Positions 40,180 to 50,891 of a DNA stretch of 64,000 bases are shown here, piece after piece (within the stretch, counting starts at the first letter, position 1; every line of letters starts with the position of its first letter). The translations under genes and the position numbers were made by a program. The notes below the pieces were generated by a model. The model was given only the letters and a program-made list of their open reading frames with translations. It searched no databases and had not been told where the DNA came from. Origin of the DNA: an uncultured Verrucomicrobiae bacterium (GTDB taxonomy: Bacteria; Verrucomicrobiota; Verrucomicrobiia; Limisphaerales; Palsa-1400); contig CAVPOM010000005.1 of the NCBI GenBank assembly GCA_963707025.1, forward strand, positions 288,001 through 352,000, written 5' to 3'.

Positions 40180-41276
40180 ACGAAGTTTTGCACGGCAGCG
40201 GCCAGCGCCTCGAGATTTTCCATTTTTGCCGCGGGCGGCACGCCGTGGCCAAGGTTGAAGATGTAGCCGTTGCGGTCGCGCATTTGTTCCAGCAAACGCC
40301 GCGTTTCCGCCGCCACCGTCGCCGGCTCCGCGCCGGTCAGCAACGCCGGATCCAGATTTCCCTGCAGGCCGGTGTCCCGCGGCAGCCGCCGTTCCGCCTC
40401 CGCCAGTTGCATCCCGTGATCTATGCCAATCACGTTTGCCCCAATTTTTGCCAGCGCGTCCCACGCCCGCGTCCCCTTGGAATACACAATCACCGGCGCC
40501 TGCCCGTTGAGTTGCGACACGATCATCTCCATCCACCGGCCTGACGCCGCTTCAAAGTCCGCCGCCGGCAAATCCCCTCCCACACTGTCGAAAATCTGCA
40601 CCGCGTCCACGCCGCAGGCGATTTGCATTTGCAGAAACTCCGTCACCGCCGCGGTCAATTTGCCGGCCAGCAGATTGTAGGTGGTGCGATCGCGCCGGAA
40701 CAACTCCTGCGCCCTGGCAAACTGCTTTGCGCTCCCCCCTTCCAGCATGAAATTGGCCAGCGTCCAGGGCGAACCCGCGAAACCGAGCAGCGCGGTGCGG
40801 CCGTCCAAATTCCGTTTGATCAATTCCAGGGCCACGGCCACGTACTGGAGGCGCTCGGACACCCCAACCTCCAGCAGCTTGTGGATGTCCGACAAATCAT
40901 GCAGCGCGCTTTCCATTTCCACGCCGCCGCTGTCACGGAACCGGAACCCCTGTCCCATCGCCTCGGGCACCACCAGGATGTCGCTGAAGAGGATGGCGGC
41001 ATCGAAGCCAAAACGGCTGATGGGCTGCAACGTGACGGCCGCCGCCAGTTCGGGGGTGCGGATCAATTTGCGGAAGGAATGCTTTTCGCGCAGCGCGCGG
41101 TATTCGGGCAGGCACCGTCCGGCCTGGCGCATCAGCCAGATGGGGGGGCGGTCCACCGGCAAAAGGTTCAGGGCGTTGAGCATCCGCTCCCTGCGCGAGC
41201 CTTGCGCCGCCGCCGCTCCGGGAGGCTTGACGGCAAGCCCCGGCCGTTTAGTCTCGTCTGCCAATAAATCCTGCAT
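40176..41276 (-). CDS. hemE: Uroporphyrinogen decarboxylase
   Basis: PIWLMRQAGR, DAAILFSDIL, QGNLDP, IFNLGHG. Confidence 0.96.
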   Translation of the reverse strand: MQDLLADETKRPGLAVKPPGAAAAQGSRRERMLNALNLLPVDRPPIWLMRQAGRCLPEYRALREKHSFRKLIRTPELAAAVTLQPISRFGFDAAILFSDILVVPEAMGQGFRFRDSGGVEMESALHDLSDIHKLLEVGVSERLQYVAVALELIKRNLDGRTALLGFAGSPWTLANFMLEGGSAKQFARAQELFRRDRTTYNLLAGKLTAAVTEFLQMQIACGVDAVQIFDSVGGDLPAADFEAASGRWMEMIVSQLNGQAPVIVYSKGTRAWDALAKIGANVIGIDHGMQLAEAERRLPRDTGLQGNLDPALLTGAEPATVAAETRRLLEQMRDRNGYIFNLGHGVPPAAKMENLEALAAAVQNFV

Positions 41277-41499
41277 GACACCAGAATAGAACACCGTGGC
41301 CGGCGGGTCTTACCCTCCATTGGCAAACCCTAGCCATTTTTTGCCCACAGGGGCGTATTTTAAGGTTGCCCGACCTCTTTTGTGGATTCCCGCGCAAGAC
41401 CGCACGGATTGGGCAACGCGATTGTCCCACTGGCGGTGGCGCGAAGTGACCGTTTTGGCCTGAAATGAAGTTGGGTTCATGGGACCCCCCAGGGGCCGG

Positions 41500-41530
41500 A
41501 ACTGAAACCAGGTGAAACCAGGTGAAATTC
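41500..41530. repeat. Three decamer repeats, reverse complement of the 9381-9440 unit
   Basis: actgaaacca ggtgaaacca ggtgaaatt. Confidence 0.8.
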
Positions 41531-41931
41531 GCCGCCACCGGTTTTGTTGTTCCACCGCCCGCCGACGGGCCGGGGATTTGTCCGCGCCCGCCGCGCCTGC
41601 GCGGGCCGCCTCTTCCCGAAGGCGGCATTGGACTGTGCCTACGTGTCTCACGCGGACCATTCAACCATAGGTTCTAATTTCTGTCAAGGGCCAAGGCAAA
41701 AGAAAATGCGGGCGGGAAGTTCAAGGCAAAGGCGCCAAGGCGAGGAGCCGCCAAGAGGAGGGAGAATCTTAGGCTCTTGGCGTCTCAGTGGCTTTGCGTC
41801 AAGAGTGCGGAATTGCAGAATGGAACAACACGATAAAGTGCGCCAGAGGCGCGGGCAGATGACGTGTATGGCGAGGAGACGGACGGGACGACCAAAGGTT
41901 TTTGAACAGGAGAGCGAAAACCGCGGCCGCC

Positions 41932-44136
41932 TCAGCGGCATCGCACCAGCACGCGGAGGCGCTTGGCCCGGTAAGTCCCGGCATTGCCGGCAAAGGTCCA
42001 ATCCGGATTGCCGGCGGGTTGGTTGCCAATGCCAAGGTCGGCGCGGCTGCCCTCGCTCCAATGGTTGAGCGCGAAGAGGGTTTGTTTGGCGTCGTGGTTA
42101 TGCACCTGCATCGAGCCGTACCCGTCCTCCGGATCGGCCGGCTGATCGCCGAAATCGTAAACTTCCCCGGAGGCGTTGGGCACGTTGGCGCTGTTGGCTG
42201 GACCGTAATTATTCGGCCAGAACTCGATGTTGCCCCCGGCCAAAGCGGCGCCGGTGACAATCCCCTTCACGTTGGAATAGACGTTGAGGTTGGACACGTT
42301 CTGTTGAAAAAGCGCGCCGGATTTGAAGGTCGGCACCCCGATTTTTTCCAGGTCGCTGGTAAAGGCGTCCATGGAGACATACACATACCCGGTGTTGCCG
42401 TCGGGTGACTGCAGTTCCATGAAGTAGGCGATGCGGTCGAAGGGTTGGGCGATGCTTTTGTGGTTGTCCGCATCGTAACTGGATGTTTTTCCCGAGCTTG
42501 CCAAGGTCCAAATCATAGGCCAGCCGGTATTCCTTGGCTTCCGGAACCTTGAGGAGAAGAAGATCGCGGGTGGGCACAGTCCCCGCGCGAAAAGCTCCGG
42601 CCGGCAAACCGTCGCTGTTGACCAGATGCGGCTGGCCCAGCATGCTCCAGGCATAGCGCAGGGCGACAGGATGTTGGACGCCCGGGGCGGAAAGCAGGAC
42701 GGTGGCTCCATCAATTTGCGCGCCGGCTTTGACAAAGCCGCCCTCATCGGCGTCAATGATCTCAAACCAGTCCAGCGGCTGGCCGTCGCGGGCGGCCAAT
42801 CCGGCGCCGACGTGATCGAAGGTCACGCGCAACTTGTTGCCCTCAATACTCAAGGATTTGAAGGTAGGCCCCGAGCAAAGCACGTTGTCATGGCCGTAGG
42901 TCTTGGCCAGGGCCAGCAGGGCCAGGCGATGGCCGACGTCCTGTTTGTCCTTGGGATGAATGTCTTTGAGGTTGCCGATGTCATTGATCACGGCCATGCC
43001 GGTGTTGGCAATGGATTGGGCCGCGCTTTGCGCCTCCCAAAACTCAGCCTCGGTTTCCGGGTTCCCGCCGTAGTTGAAAGGCGCGATCTGCACGAAATAA
43101 AACGGGAAATCCCCTGCGTGCCACAGTTCGCGCCAGCCGCTGATGAGCGCCTTCATTCTCTCCGTGTAAGTCTTCCCGTCGCCCAGATTGCTTTCGCCCT
43201 GATACCAAATCGCCCCGCGCAAGGCGAAGGGACAAAGCGGATGAATCATCCCGTTGTAAAGGGCGGTCGCATTCTGCACATCGTGCGGCGCCAGCAACTC
43301 CTTTGGGAAAACAGGCATGGTGGGGACCTCGGCCCCGCCGGCCAGCGCGCGGCGGGCGGAGGCGAGCCATTGTTCGGTCTCATCCAGGGTTTGTTGCAGG
43401 CGTTGCCGATGCAGGGCCGTGGCCGGATCGGCCAGTTGCACCAGCTCGTACTCCTTGAGCAAAGCGGGCGTCGCCGCGAAACCTTGCGGAGGCGTCCAGG
43501 ATTCAATGCGCGTGCCGCCCCAACTCGAATCAATCAGGCCGATGGCGACGCCCAGCTTCTGATGCAACTCGCGCCCGAAATAATAGGCCGCGGCCGAAAA
43601 CCCGCCCCAGCCTCCTTCGGCCACGGTTTTGGGCGAGCACACCTTCCATTCGCCGTCAATATTAGTTTGCGGCAACGCATCCCACTTGCGCGCCACCAGC
43701 AGCAGGCGAAGGCCGGGATAATTGGCCTCGGCGATTTCCTTCGGGGCGTCGCGGGCGATGCCAATTCCCATTTCCATGTTGGATTGACCCGAACAGAGCC
43801 ACACCTCGCCGATCATGACATCGTCAAACTGGACCGAACTGGACCCGGCGGCTTTGAGAGTGAAGGGCCGCCGGCTTTCATGGCGGGCAGGACCACTTTC
43901 CATTCGCCGCGTTCATTGGCTTGAGCCTGCGCGGTGGCGGAGGCGAGCGTCACCGTGATCGTCTCATTGGGCTGCGCCCAACCCCAAATGGCCAGGGGCA
44001 TTTCCTGCTGGAGAACCATGTGGCTGGAGAACACCCTGGACAATCGAACATCGGCCCTGGCCGGCGCAAGACCCGCGCCGCTGGAAAGAATGGCCGCCGC
44101 CAGACAAACCGTCCGAAAAACTCTTGCAGTTTGCAT
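41932..44136 (-). CDS. Secreted sialate O-acetylesterase (SASA/SGNH) with a C-terminal extension; frameshifts near 43866 and 42481
   Basis: Signal peptide, FSSHMVLQQ, GEVWLCSGQSNM, WYQGESN, DIHP; three ORF pieces join with single-base corrections. Confidence 0.85.
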
Positions 44137-44191
44137 ATTCTTGTCCGCAGGGTGAAACGTTCCCGCACGATGTCAAGAGTTCAATGCGCCC

Positions 44192-44539
44192 TCATCCAAA
44201 GGTGCTCCCGTTCCAACCCCAGCAGCTCGCCGGGACATCGGTGAAGTTGAGGTAAATGCGATTGGGCGGGACCCCGAGCGAATCGTGCAACAACTGGCAG
44301 ACCTTCTGCGAGAGGTTCTGGTTCACCTGGCCGGTCAATCCGCCAATGCTCCGGACCTCGACAAAGGCCGCGTCACCCGCATTGCCGGACATCTGCATGG
44401 CGGCCTGGCTGGCGGCCACCATGACGTATTGCTGCGGTTTGCCAATGGTTTCGGCGACGGTTTTGGACAGGGCGGCGAGCAGGGCTTGCCGCTTATCCTC
44501 GGAGAGAACAACTGTAGTTTCAAGTTTTAATAGTGGCAT
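44192..44539 (-). CDS. MIF/phenylpyruvate tautomerase family protein
   Basis: MP start (catalytic Pro), IGKPQQYVMV, VRSIGG, RIYLNF, WGWNGSTF. Confidence 0.93.
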   Translation of the reverse strand: MPLLKLETTVVLSEDKRQALLAALSKTVAETIGKPQQYVMVAASQAAMQMSGNAGDAAFVEVRSIGGLTGQVNQNLSQKVCQLLHDSLGVPPNRIYLNFTDVPASCWGWNGSTFG

Positions 44540-44661
44540 AATCAACAACTACCTTCTTCTTCCCGGGAACGCAACCGGCCGCATCCCGGGCTGCGGCGAA
44601 CCGCCCCGAGGCCGCGTGGTGGAATGACGGGATTTTCAATCGTCAGCCAATCGGGCGGGGG

Positions 44662-45774
44662 TCAGAGCGTCCGTCGAAAGAGGAGCGTGGCGGCGCCCAG
44701 CGCCAGGACGGCGAAGCCCAGCAGAAAGGCGAGATCGGGGGCAATGGCCAGCAGGCCGGTGTTCTTGAGGATGAGTTCCTTGAAACCATGCACCGCGTAG
44801 GTGAAGGGATCCAGCGCGGTGATCACCCTCATCCAGGCGGGAAAGGCCTGGGTGGGATACACCGCGCCGCTCGGAAAGAACAGCACGGTGTTGAGCATGC
44901 CGAAAACCGCGCGCGGAACCAGGGGATCGCTCACGCGCACCATCAACAGGAACATCATGCTGATGAGCGCCAGCGCCGTCACCACCACCAGCACCATCAT
45001 GCGCGCCATGCGCGCCAGGTTGAACGGATCGGGAATTCCGGCGATGAGCGAACCCAGGGTCACCAGCACCGCGCCGGTGACGATGGCCTTGGCCACGCCG
45101 GCCAGGTTGAAGCCGAGAATCAATTCAAATTTCCCAATCGGCGTGACTAAGTAACCCTCGTGCAGGCCGCGGGCCTTGTCGTCAATAAAAATGATGCCAC
45201 CGCCGATCATGGCCGTGACGAAGATCGCCAGCACAATGGTGCCCGGCAGCAGAAACTGGATGTAGGGCACATAGGGATAAATCTCCACCGCCGCCAGGGT
45301 CGCGCCGGCGCTCAGGCGCGGAGCGGGCGCGCGCTGCCGGTAGGCCGGCAGCAGCGAGGCCATCGAGCCTTCCAGCGCGGCGGAGGAGAACTGGTCGGTG
45401 TTGTCCTCGGTCAGCACGACGCGCGGGCTGGCGCCGGCCAGGACTTTGCGGGAGAACTGCGGCGGAATCTCCAGGACGCCGTTGATCTTTCCCTCCCGCA
45501 AATCGTGCTGCGCCGCCGCGGCATCGGCGTAGGCCACCGTGTCAAAGGTCTGGGCGTTGGCGGCGACGGCTTGAAACATTTCCTTGAGCTGCACCGCGGG
45601 CAGTCCGTGGTCTTGATCCACCACGCCGAGGCTGAGATGCTTGACTTTGCCGCCAAAGGCGTAGCCCAGAATGACCAACTGCACGAGCGGCATGATCATG
45701 GAAATGACGATGAGCGCCGGGCTGCGGCGGAAGCGGCGCAAGTCGCGTTCAATTATGGCCAGAATCCGGTGCAT
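44662..45774 (-). CDS. ABC-2 type permease
   Basis: N-terminal TM, extracellular loop, 5 C-terminal TMs, FFPSGAVYP. Confidence 0.9.
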   Translation of the reverse strand: MHRILAIIERDLRRFRRSPALIVISMIMPLVQLVILGYAFGGKVKHLSLGVVDQDHGLPAVQLKEMFQAVAANAQTFDTVAYADAAAAQHDLREGKINGVLEIPPQFSRKVLAGASPRVVLTEDNTDQFSSAALEGSMASLLPAYRQRAPAPRLSAGATLAAVEIYPYVPYIQFLLPGTIVLAIFVTAMIGGGIIFIDDKARGLHEGYLVTPIGKFELILGFNLAGVAKAIVTGAVLVTLGSLIAGIPDPFNLARMARMMVLVVVTALALISMMFLLMVRVSDPLVPRAVFGMLNTVLFFPSGAVYPTQAFPAWMRVITALDPFTYAVHGFKELILKNTGLLAIAPDLAFLLGFAVLALGAATLLFRRTL

Positions 45775-45780
45775 GGTCGG

Positions 45781-46773
45781 TCAGCGCCTTTGCAGCAGGA
45801 ATGCGCTGTTGGCGGCGGTGGGAGTCTGGAGGGCGTCGCGCAATTGATGGCCGGTGTAATGGACAAACACGTCGTCCAGCGTCGTGCTTTGCACCGACAA
45901 AGAATTGACGGTGATGCCGGCCGCGCGCGCCGCCTCCATCAAGGCCACCGTGGTGCGCGGGCCATTGAGCGAAGAGATGCGGAAAACGTGGTCCTCGGCC
46001 TTGACCTCCGCGACATCCGGCAGCGCGCGCAGCGTGTCCACCCAGCCGGGTGGAACCTCCGACACGCTGACCTCCAGGATGTTGTTGCCGGGAATGGAAG
46101 CCTTGAGCTTGAGCGGCGAATCCAGCGCCGCCAATTTGCCATGGTCAACAATGGCGATCCGGTCGCACAACTTGTCCGCCTCGTCCATGTAATGGGTGGT
46201 GACCAGGATGGTGAGATCCCGCTGGCTTTTGAGCCGGGCCAGCATCTCCCACACGGCGACGCGCGAGACGGGATCCAGGCCGGTCGTCGGCTCATCCAGA
46301 AAGAAGGTTTTCGGTTGATGCACCAGGCCGCGGGCGATTTCCAGCCTGCGCCTCATGCCGCCGGAAAACATCTTCACCGGTTTGTCCGCCCACGGCTCCA
46401 GGTCCACCGCCCGCAGCAGTTCCCGGATGGCCCGCCGCCGCTCCCCGGCGCGGAGGCCGTAGAGCTTGGCGAAAATCCCCATGTTTTCTTCCGCGGTCAA
46501 ATCCAGGTCCGAGGTCATGGCCTGCGGAATCACCCCAATGGATTTGCGCACGTCGTCCGGCTCCCGGGTGACATCGAATCCGTTGACTCGCGCGCGGCCC
46601 GAGGTGGGAGGAACCAGGGTGGTCAACATGCGAATGAGGGTTGATTTGCCCGCGCCGTTCGGGCCCAGCAATCCGAACACTTCCCCCTGGTTGACGGAGA
46701 AGCGGATGTCGTCCACGGCGGTGAAATCGCCGAAGCGCTTGGTCAACCCGTCCACTTCGATGGCCGCACTCAT
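45781..46773 (-). CDS. ABC exporter ATP-binding protein (DrrA-like)
   Basis: GPNGAGKS, FSGGMRRR, LDEPTTGLD. Confidence 0.95.
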   Translation of the reverse strand: MSAAIEVDGLTKRFGDFTAVDDIRFSVNQGEVFGLLGPNGAGKSTLIRMLTTLVPPTSGRARVNGFDVTREPDDVRKSIGVIPQAMTSDLDLTAEENMGIFAKLYGLRAGERRRAIRELLRAVDLEPWADKPVKMFSGGMRRRLEIARGLVHQPKTFFLDEPTTGLDPVSRVAVWEMLARLKSQRDLTILVTTHYMDEADKLCDRIAIVDHGKLAALDSPLKLKASIPGNNILEVSVSEVPPGWVDTLRALPDVAEVKAEDHVFRISSLNGPRTTVALMEAARAAGITVNSLSVQSTTLDDVFVHYTGHQLRDALQTPTAANSAFLLQRR

Positions 46774-46776
46774 GGT

Positions 46777-47826
46777 TCAGTGAGAGGCCAGGGGCAGGGT
46801 GACATAGGCGGTCATGCCGACCGCCAGGCTGCGGTCCCGGTTGTCGCAGCGCAAACGAACCTGAAAGGTCTTGATGTCGCGCTTGGTGCGGCTGACGTCG
46901 CGCTGGGTGGCGTAATCGGCGTCAATGCCGCGAAAAAAGACTTCGCCCTGGCGCCCCGCCCCGGAAGGCAGCCGCACGGCCAGGCGGTCGCCCAAGTGAA
47001 TGCGGTCCATGTAACTCTCCTCCACGTCGGCGCGCACCCAAAGATCGTCCGGATTGATCAGGGTGACGATGGCCTGGGCGGGATTGACCACTTCGCCCTG
47101 GAGGGCCGCGCGCGTGTCAACAATACCAGCGATGGGCGCGCGAATTTCGGTGTGGGTCAGGCGCACGTCCGCCTTCTCCTCTTGTGCCTTGGCGGCCAGC
47201 AGCAGCGCCGCGCTGGCCTGGAGGGCGGCCTGGCGCGCGGCGGTCTGTTCGGAACCGGCCCTGGCCAGGGCGACGGCCGCCTCCGCGGCCAGGACCTGTT
47301 TGTTGAGGGATTCCACCCGCGCCTTGTCCGCCGCAGAGGTGGTGCGGGCCTGATCGTAGGTCTGGCGCGAATCCACCCCGCGCTGGTAGAGGCCCTCCTC
47401 GCGCTTGTAAATGAGATCGGCATTCTCCAAGTCGGCCTCGGCCTGGATGACCTGCGCTTTGGTCGCGGCGAGGGTCGCTTCCGCCTGGCGGATTTGATTG
47501 GTCGTCTGGGCCTCCTGGAATTTCAGATCCGCCTCCGCCTGGGCCACCAGCGCGCCGGATTGCGATTGGGCACCGGCGAAATAGGCCGCGTCGGCCTTCC
47601 ATTCCTGCGGCTGGATCACCGCCAGCAACTGGCCGTTGGTCACCGCGGCCCCTTCGGTTACCAGCATCTGCTGCAACCGCCCCGAAATCTCGGAACTGAC
47701 GATGACTTCGTCGGTGGTTACGATGCCAGTCAATACCAGCGCGGCCGGGCGGCGCAGGCAGGCCCAATAGACGGGCACAGCCGCGACCGCCAAAGCCAAA
47801 ATTAGAATCGAGATGCGTTTCTTCAT
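46777..47826 (-). CDS. HlyD-family membrane fusion protein
   Basis: MKKRISIL start, IRAPIAGIV, LAVGMTAYV. Confidence 0.9.
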   Translation of the reverse strand: MKKRISILILALAVAAVPVYWACLRRPAALVLTGIVTTDEVIVSSEISGRLQQMLVTEGAAVTNGQLLAVIQPQEWKADAAYFAGAQSQSGALVAQAEADLKFQEAQTTNQIRQAEATLAATKAQVIQAEADLENADLIYKREEGLYQRGVDSRQTYDQARTTSAADKARVESLNKQVLAAEAAVALARAGSEQTAARQAALQASAALLLAAKAQEEKADVRLTHTEIRAPIAGIVDTRAALQGEVVNPAQAIVTLINPDDLWVRADVEESYMDRIHLGDRLAVRLPSGAGRQGEVFFRGIDADYATQRDVSRTKRDIKTFQVRLRCDNRDRSLAVGMTAYVTLPLASH

Positions 47827-48481
47827 GGCCGGAGGGAGGGATGGGTGAACAAACCATGCCGGATGAAGTCCAGCACTTCCTCTTTGCGGCGCTTCAGGCT
47901 GGCCTGCGCGTAGGCCCCGGTGTGGCCGAGCATCTGGAGGACGGGCGCGGCGGAAAAATAGAACACAATCAAGGCCACGATGGAGATGGCGGTATGGAGC
48001 GGATCGGCCTTGCGAAATTCCCCGTCGCGCATTCCCCGTTTGAGCAGTTTGCCAAAGGCGCGGCTGCGCGGCGTGAAGTATTTCCGCACCAATCGTTCCA
48101 TCATCGCCCCGCCCGCGCTCATGCACTGCTGGAACAGCGGAGCATGGCGGTGCCGGGCGCTGATGAAGTCGAAGTGCAGGCTCACATAGCGCAGCAAGAC
48201 ATCGCGGGCCGGGCCGGGCTGGCCAGGACCTTGAGGGCCTGGGCGTTGAAACCGGCAAAATGATCCTCCAACACCGCCTGGTAGAGATGCTCCTTGCTCC
48301 GGAAGTAATAATAGAGCAGGGCGTGGTTCACACCGGCCGCGGCGGCGATGGCGTCCGTGCGCGCCCCGGCCAGCCCGTGCCGGGCGAAGGCGCGCCCGGC
48401 GGCGGCCAGGATGGCTGCGCGCGCCGGTTTGCGGCCGCCCGCGCCGCCGGCGGCCGGCCGGTTGGAGACAGGCTTCGGCAT
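47823..48481 (-). CDS. TetR-family regulator; single frameshift near 48218
   Basis: AILAAAGRAFARHGLAGARTDAIAAAAGVNHALLYYYFRSKE; the C-terminal half lies in the adjacent frame. Confidence 0.88.
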
Positions 48482-48489
48482 AATTTAAC

Positions 48490-48503
48490 TAACTGGACAG
48501 TTA
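48490..48503. promoter_or_regulatory. Putative TetR operator
   Basis: TAACTG-ga-CAGTTA palindrome 8 nt upstream of the tetR ATG; TTGACG further upstream (48526-48521). Confidence 0.6.
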
Positions 48504-48552
48504 AACCATCCCATCTCATTCGTCAAGGGCCAACCCCTGGCCGCCGGCCAAC

Positions 48553-48663
48553 GGGCGCAAATCAGCTTTTGACAAAGCGGACTCAGTTGGAGGTAGGGAC
48601 GGCTCGCCGAGCCGTCCGCGGTCGCCTCGGCGAGGCGACCCTACCAAAAGCTGATTTACGCCC
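48553..48663. mobile_element. 111-bp MITE carrying a GTAG-type REP doublet
   Basis: 19-bp TIRs gggcg(c/t)aaatcagcttttg (18/19); 8-bp duplication CGGCCAAC at 48545-48552 and 48664-48671; internal ggtagggacggctcgccgagccgtcc..ggtcgcctcggcgaggcgaccctacc. Confidence 0.8.
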
Positions 48664-48845
48664 CGGCCAACTCTGGCGGACAGCGGCTCGGACAGGGTTG
48701 TCCCGCTAGCCGGAGTGGTTGGGCGGTCCCGACAGGGCGGGCCGATGACGCCTCTCCCCGGCCAAGGTTCAAACAGATTGGAACGGGCCTGTTCGACCCG
48801 TGCCGCAATCTTGACTTGGCCCCGGCCTGGCGTCACCATGCCGTC

Positions 48846-50192
48846 ATGTCGCAAACCCCAGCCACACGCTCGGTTCTCGCCCGCGTCTTAACCTGCGCCG
48901 GCCCAGGTGCTCTCGCGGCGGCGGGAATGTTCTGCCTCACCTGCGGGCTGCGCGCCGCCACGGGCGACTGGCCGGAATTCCGCGGGCCGACCGGCGACGG
49001 CCAGGTTGCCGCCTCCGGGCTTCCCCTGCGTTGGAGCGAGACCAATAACGTGCGATGGAAGACTGAAATCCCCCTGCGCGGCTGGTCCACCCCGGTCGTC
49101 ATGGGCGGCCAGGTATGGATGACTTCCGCCACCGTGGACGGCCATGATTTCCATGCCATTTGCGTGGACGCGGACACGGGAAAAATCATCTACAACGAAA
49201 CGGTGTTCCACTGCGAGCACCCGGAGCCGCTGGGCAACGGCGCGGCCATGAATTGTTACGCCACCCCTTCGCCCGCCATCGAGGCGGGACGGGTCTATGT
49301 CCATTTTGGAAGCTACGGCACCGCCTGTTTGGACACTGCCACCGGCAAAGTGATCTGGAAGCGCGACGACCTGCCTTGCCGGCATTATCGCGGCCCATCC
49401 TCCTCCCTGGTTCTCTACCGCAACCTTCTCATCCTGACCTTGGACGGGGTGGACGTGCAATATCACGCCGCTCTGGACAAACGGACGGGCCAAACCATCT
49501 GGAAAACGGACCGCTCCGTGGCTTGGGACGACGAGAACTCCACCGACCGCATGGTGCGGGACGGAGACCGCCGCAAGGCCCACAGCACCCCGTTGATCGT
49601 GACCGCCGCCGGCAAGCCCCAGATGCTCAGTGTCGGCGCCAAGGCCGCCTACTCCTATGATCCGCTGACGGGCCAAGAGCTTTGGAAAGTCCAATTCAAC
49701 GATTGGTCGGGCGCGCCCAGGCCGATTTTCGACGCCGGCCTGGCATTCCTCGTCACGGGCCTGGTGAATACCGAACTGTGGGCCGTCAAGCCTGACGGAT
49801 CGGGGGACGTTACCAGCAACAACGTTGTCTGGAAACTCAAGAGCCACGTTGGCAAATACGCCTCGCCCATCGTGGTGGACGGTTTGATTTACACGGCCGC
49901 GGACGAAAGCTTCGTTACCTGCCTGGAAGCCACCACCGGCCAGCCTGTCTGGACCGAGCGCCTCGGCGGCAACTTCGATGCCTCCCCCATTTATGCCGAT
50001 GGCCGCCTTTACTTCTTCAACCAGCAAGGAGTGGCCACCGTCCTCAAACCGGGGCGGACGTGCGCCATCCTGGCCACCAACTCTCTCGACGACGGCTTTA
50101 TGGCTTCGCCCGCCGTCAGCGGCAGGTCCCTTTTCCTGCGGGCCAAGGCCCACCTCTACCGCGTGGAGGACATGGCCTCGAACAGCCAGTAG
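48846..50192 (+). CDS. PQQ-like beta-propeller repeat protein
   Basis: DWPEFRGPTGDG, WSTPVV, repeated xSP/GxxxW blades. Confidence 0.9.
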   Translation: MSQTPATRSVLARVLTCAGPGALAAAGMFCLTCGLRAATGDWPEFRGPTGDGQVAASGLPLRWSETNNVRWKTEIPLRGWSTPVVMGGQVWMTSATVDGHDFHAICVDADTGKIIYNETVFHCEHPEPLGNGAAMNCYATPSPAIEAGRVYVHFGSYGTACLDTATGKVIWKRDDLPCRHYRGPSSSLVLYRNLLILTLDGVDVQYHAALDKRTGQTIWKTDRSVAWDDENSTDRMVRDGDRRKAHSTPLIVTAAGKPQMLSVGAKAAYSYDPLTGQELWKVQFNDWSGAPRPIFDAGLAFLVTGLVNTELWAVKPDGSGDVTSNNVVWKLKSHVGKYASPIVVDGLIYTAADESFVTCLEATTGQPVWTERLGGNFDASPIYADGRLYFFNQQGVATVLKPGRTCAILATNSLDDGFMASPAVSGRSLFLRAKAHLYRVEDMASNSQ

Positions 50193-50238
50193 GACCCTGG
50201 AGCAGGGCTGACCAACAATCCATCTGCGCCATCCAGCA

Positions 50239-50700
50239 TCATCCGGGCGGAGGTTTGACGCTGCCGGGCGCAGTATGCCCGGCGGAACAAATCCAGAGAT
50301 ACGGATTGTTGATGGACGGATTGCCGGTCATAATTCTTGGCTGCGCGCATTCAGCGCAATATGGGCGTTCGTCAAATCCTGCTGCCGTTTTCCTCCAAAG
50401 CACGCCGTTATGTTCTTGAAATGCTTTGAATTTTTTAGGCGGCGACGCCTTCAATCGCGCTAATTGGTCATTAAGGTTGGTTATCTCAAGGCGATGGCTT
50501 TCACGAAGTGCCGTGAGCGCGTGGGAATGGTCAGCCTCCATTTTTGCCATTTTCGCACTCGCTTCCAACAGGTCTTTGTGTATGACAAGCTGCTGCTGTT
50601 GTATCTGCTGGACAAGAGCGAGTGTCTGTCCGTCCTTCGCTCGCTGAATCAGTTCTCCGATCAGCGCCGTGATTTTCGGAATGGCTTCGAGTCCGGTCAT
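50239..50700 (-). CDS. Hypothetical coiled-coil + Zn-ribbon protein
   Basis: Coiled coil, then PYCAEC...WICSAGH; AT-richer than its neighbours. Confidence 0.6.
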   Translation of the reverse strand: MTGLEAIPKITALIGELIQRAKDGQTLALVQQIQQQQLVIHKDLLEASAKMAKMEADHSHALTALRESHRLEITNLNDQLARLKASPPKKFKAFQEHNGVLWRKTAAGFDERPYCAECAQPRIMTGNPSINNPYLWICSAGHTAPGSVKPPPG

Positions 50701-50814
50701 AACCAGGCACTCATACCCAAAAGCCGGGCTGAAAACAACGAAAAACAACCCGGAAGCGTAACGTCTCAGTGACGGCGGGAAAACTGGCCATGACCTTTGT
50801 AAGGCGTCAGTGAC

Positions 50815-50891
50815 GGGAGGGCGAGACTCTGTTCGAGCCGTGACTTCTTCCCAAGAAATCGAGTTTCGGCTCGACGGAGTCTCGCCCTACC
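50815..50891. repeat. GTAG-type REP doublet
   Basis: gggagggcgagactctgttcgagccg ... cggctcgacggagtctcgccctacc. Confidence 0.75.

Noticed and set aside
40180..40536. N-terminal extension of hemN (likewise 47827-48258 for hlyD and 51384-51626 for ACP)
   Set aside because: Overlaps the upstream gene; ATGA-coupled internal starts fit the families
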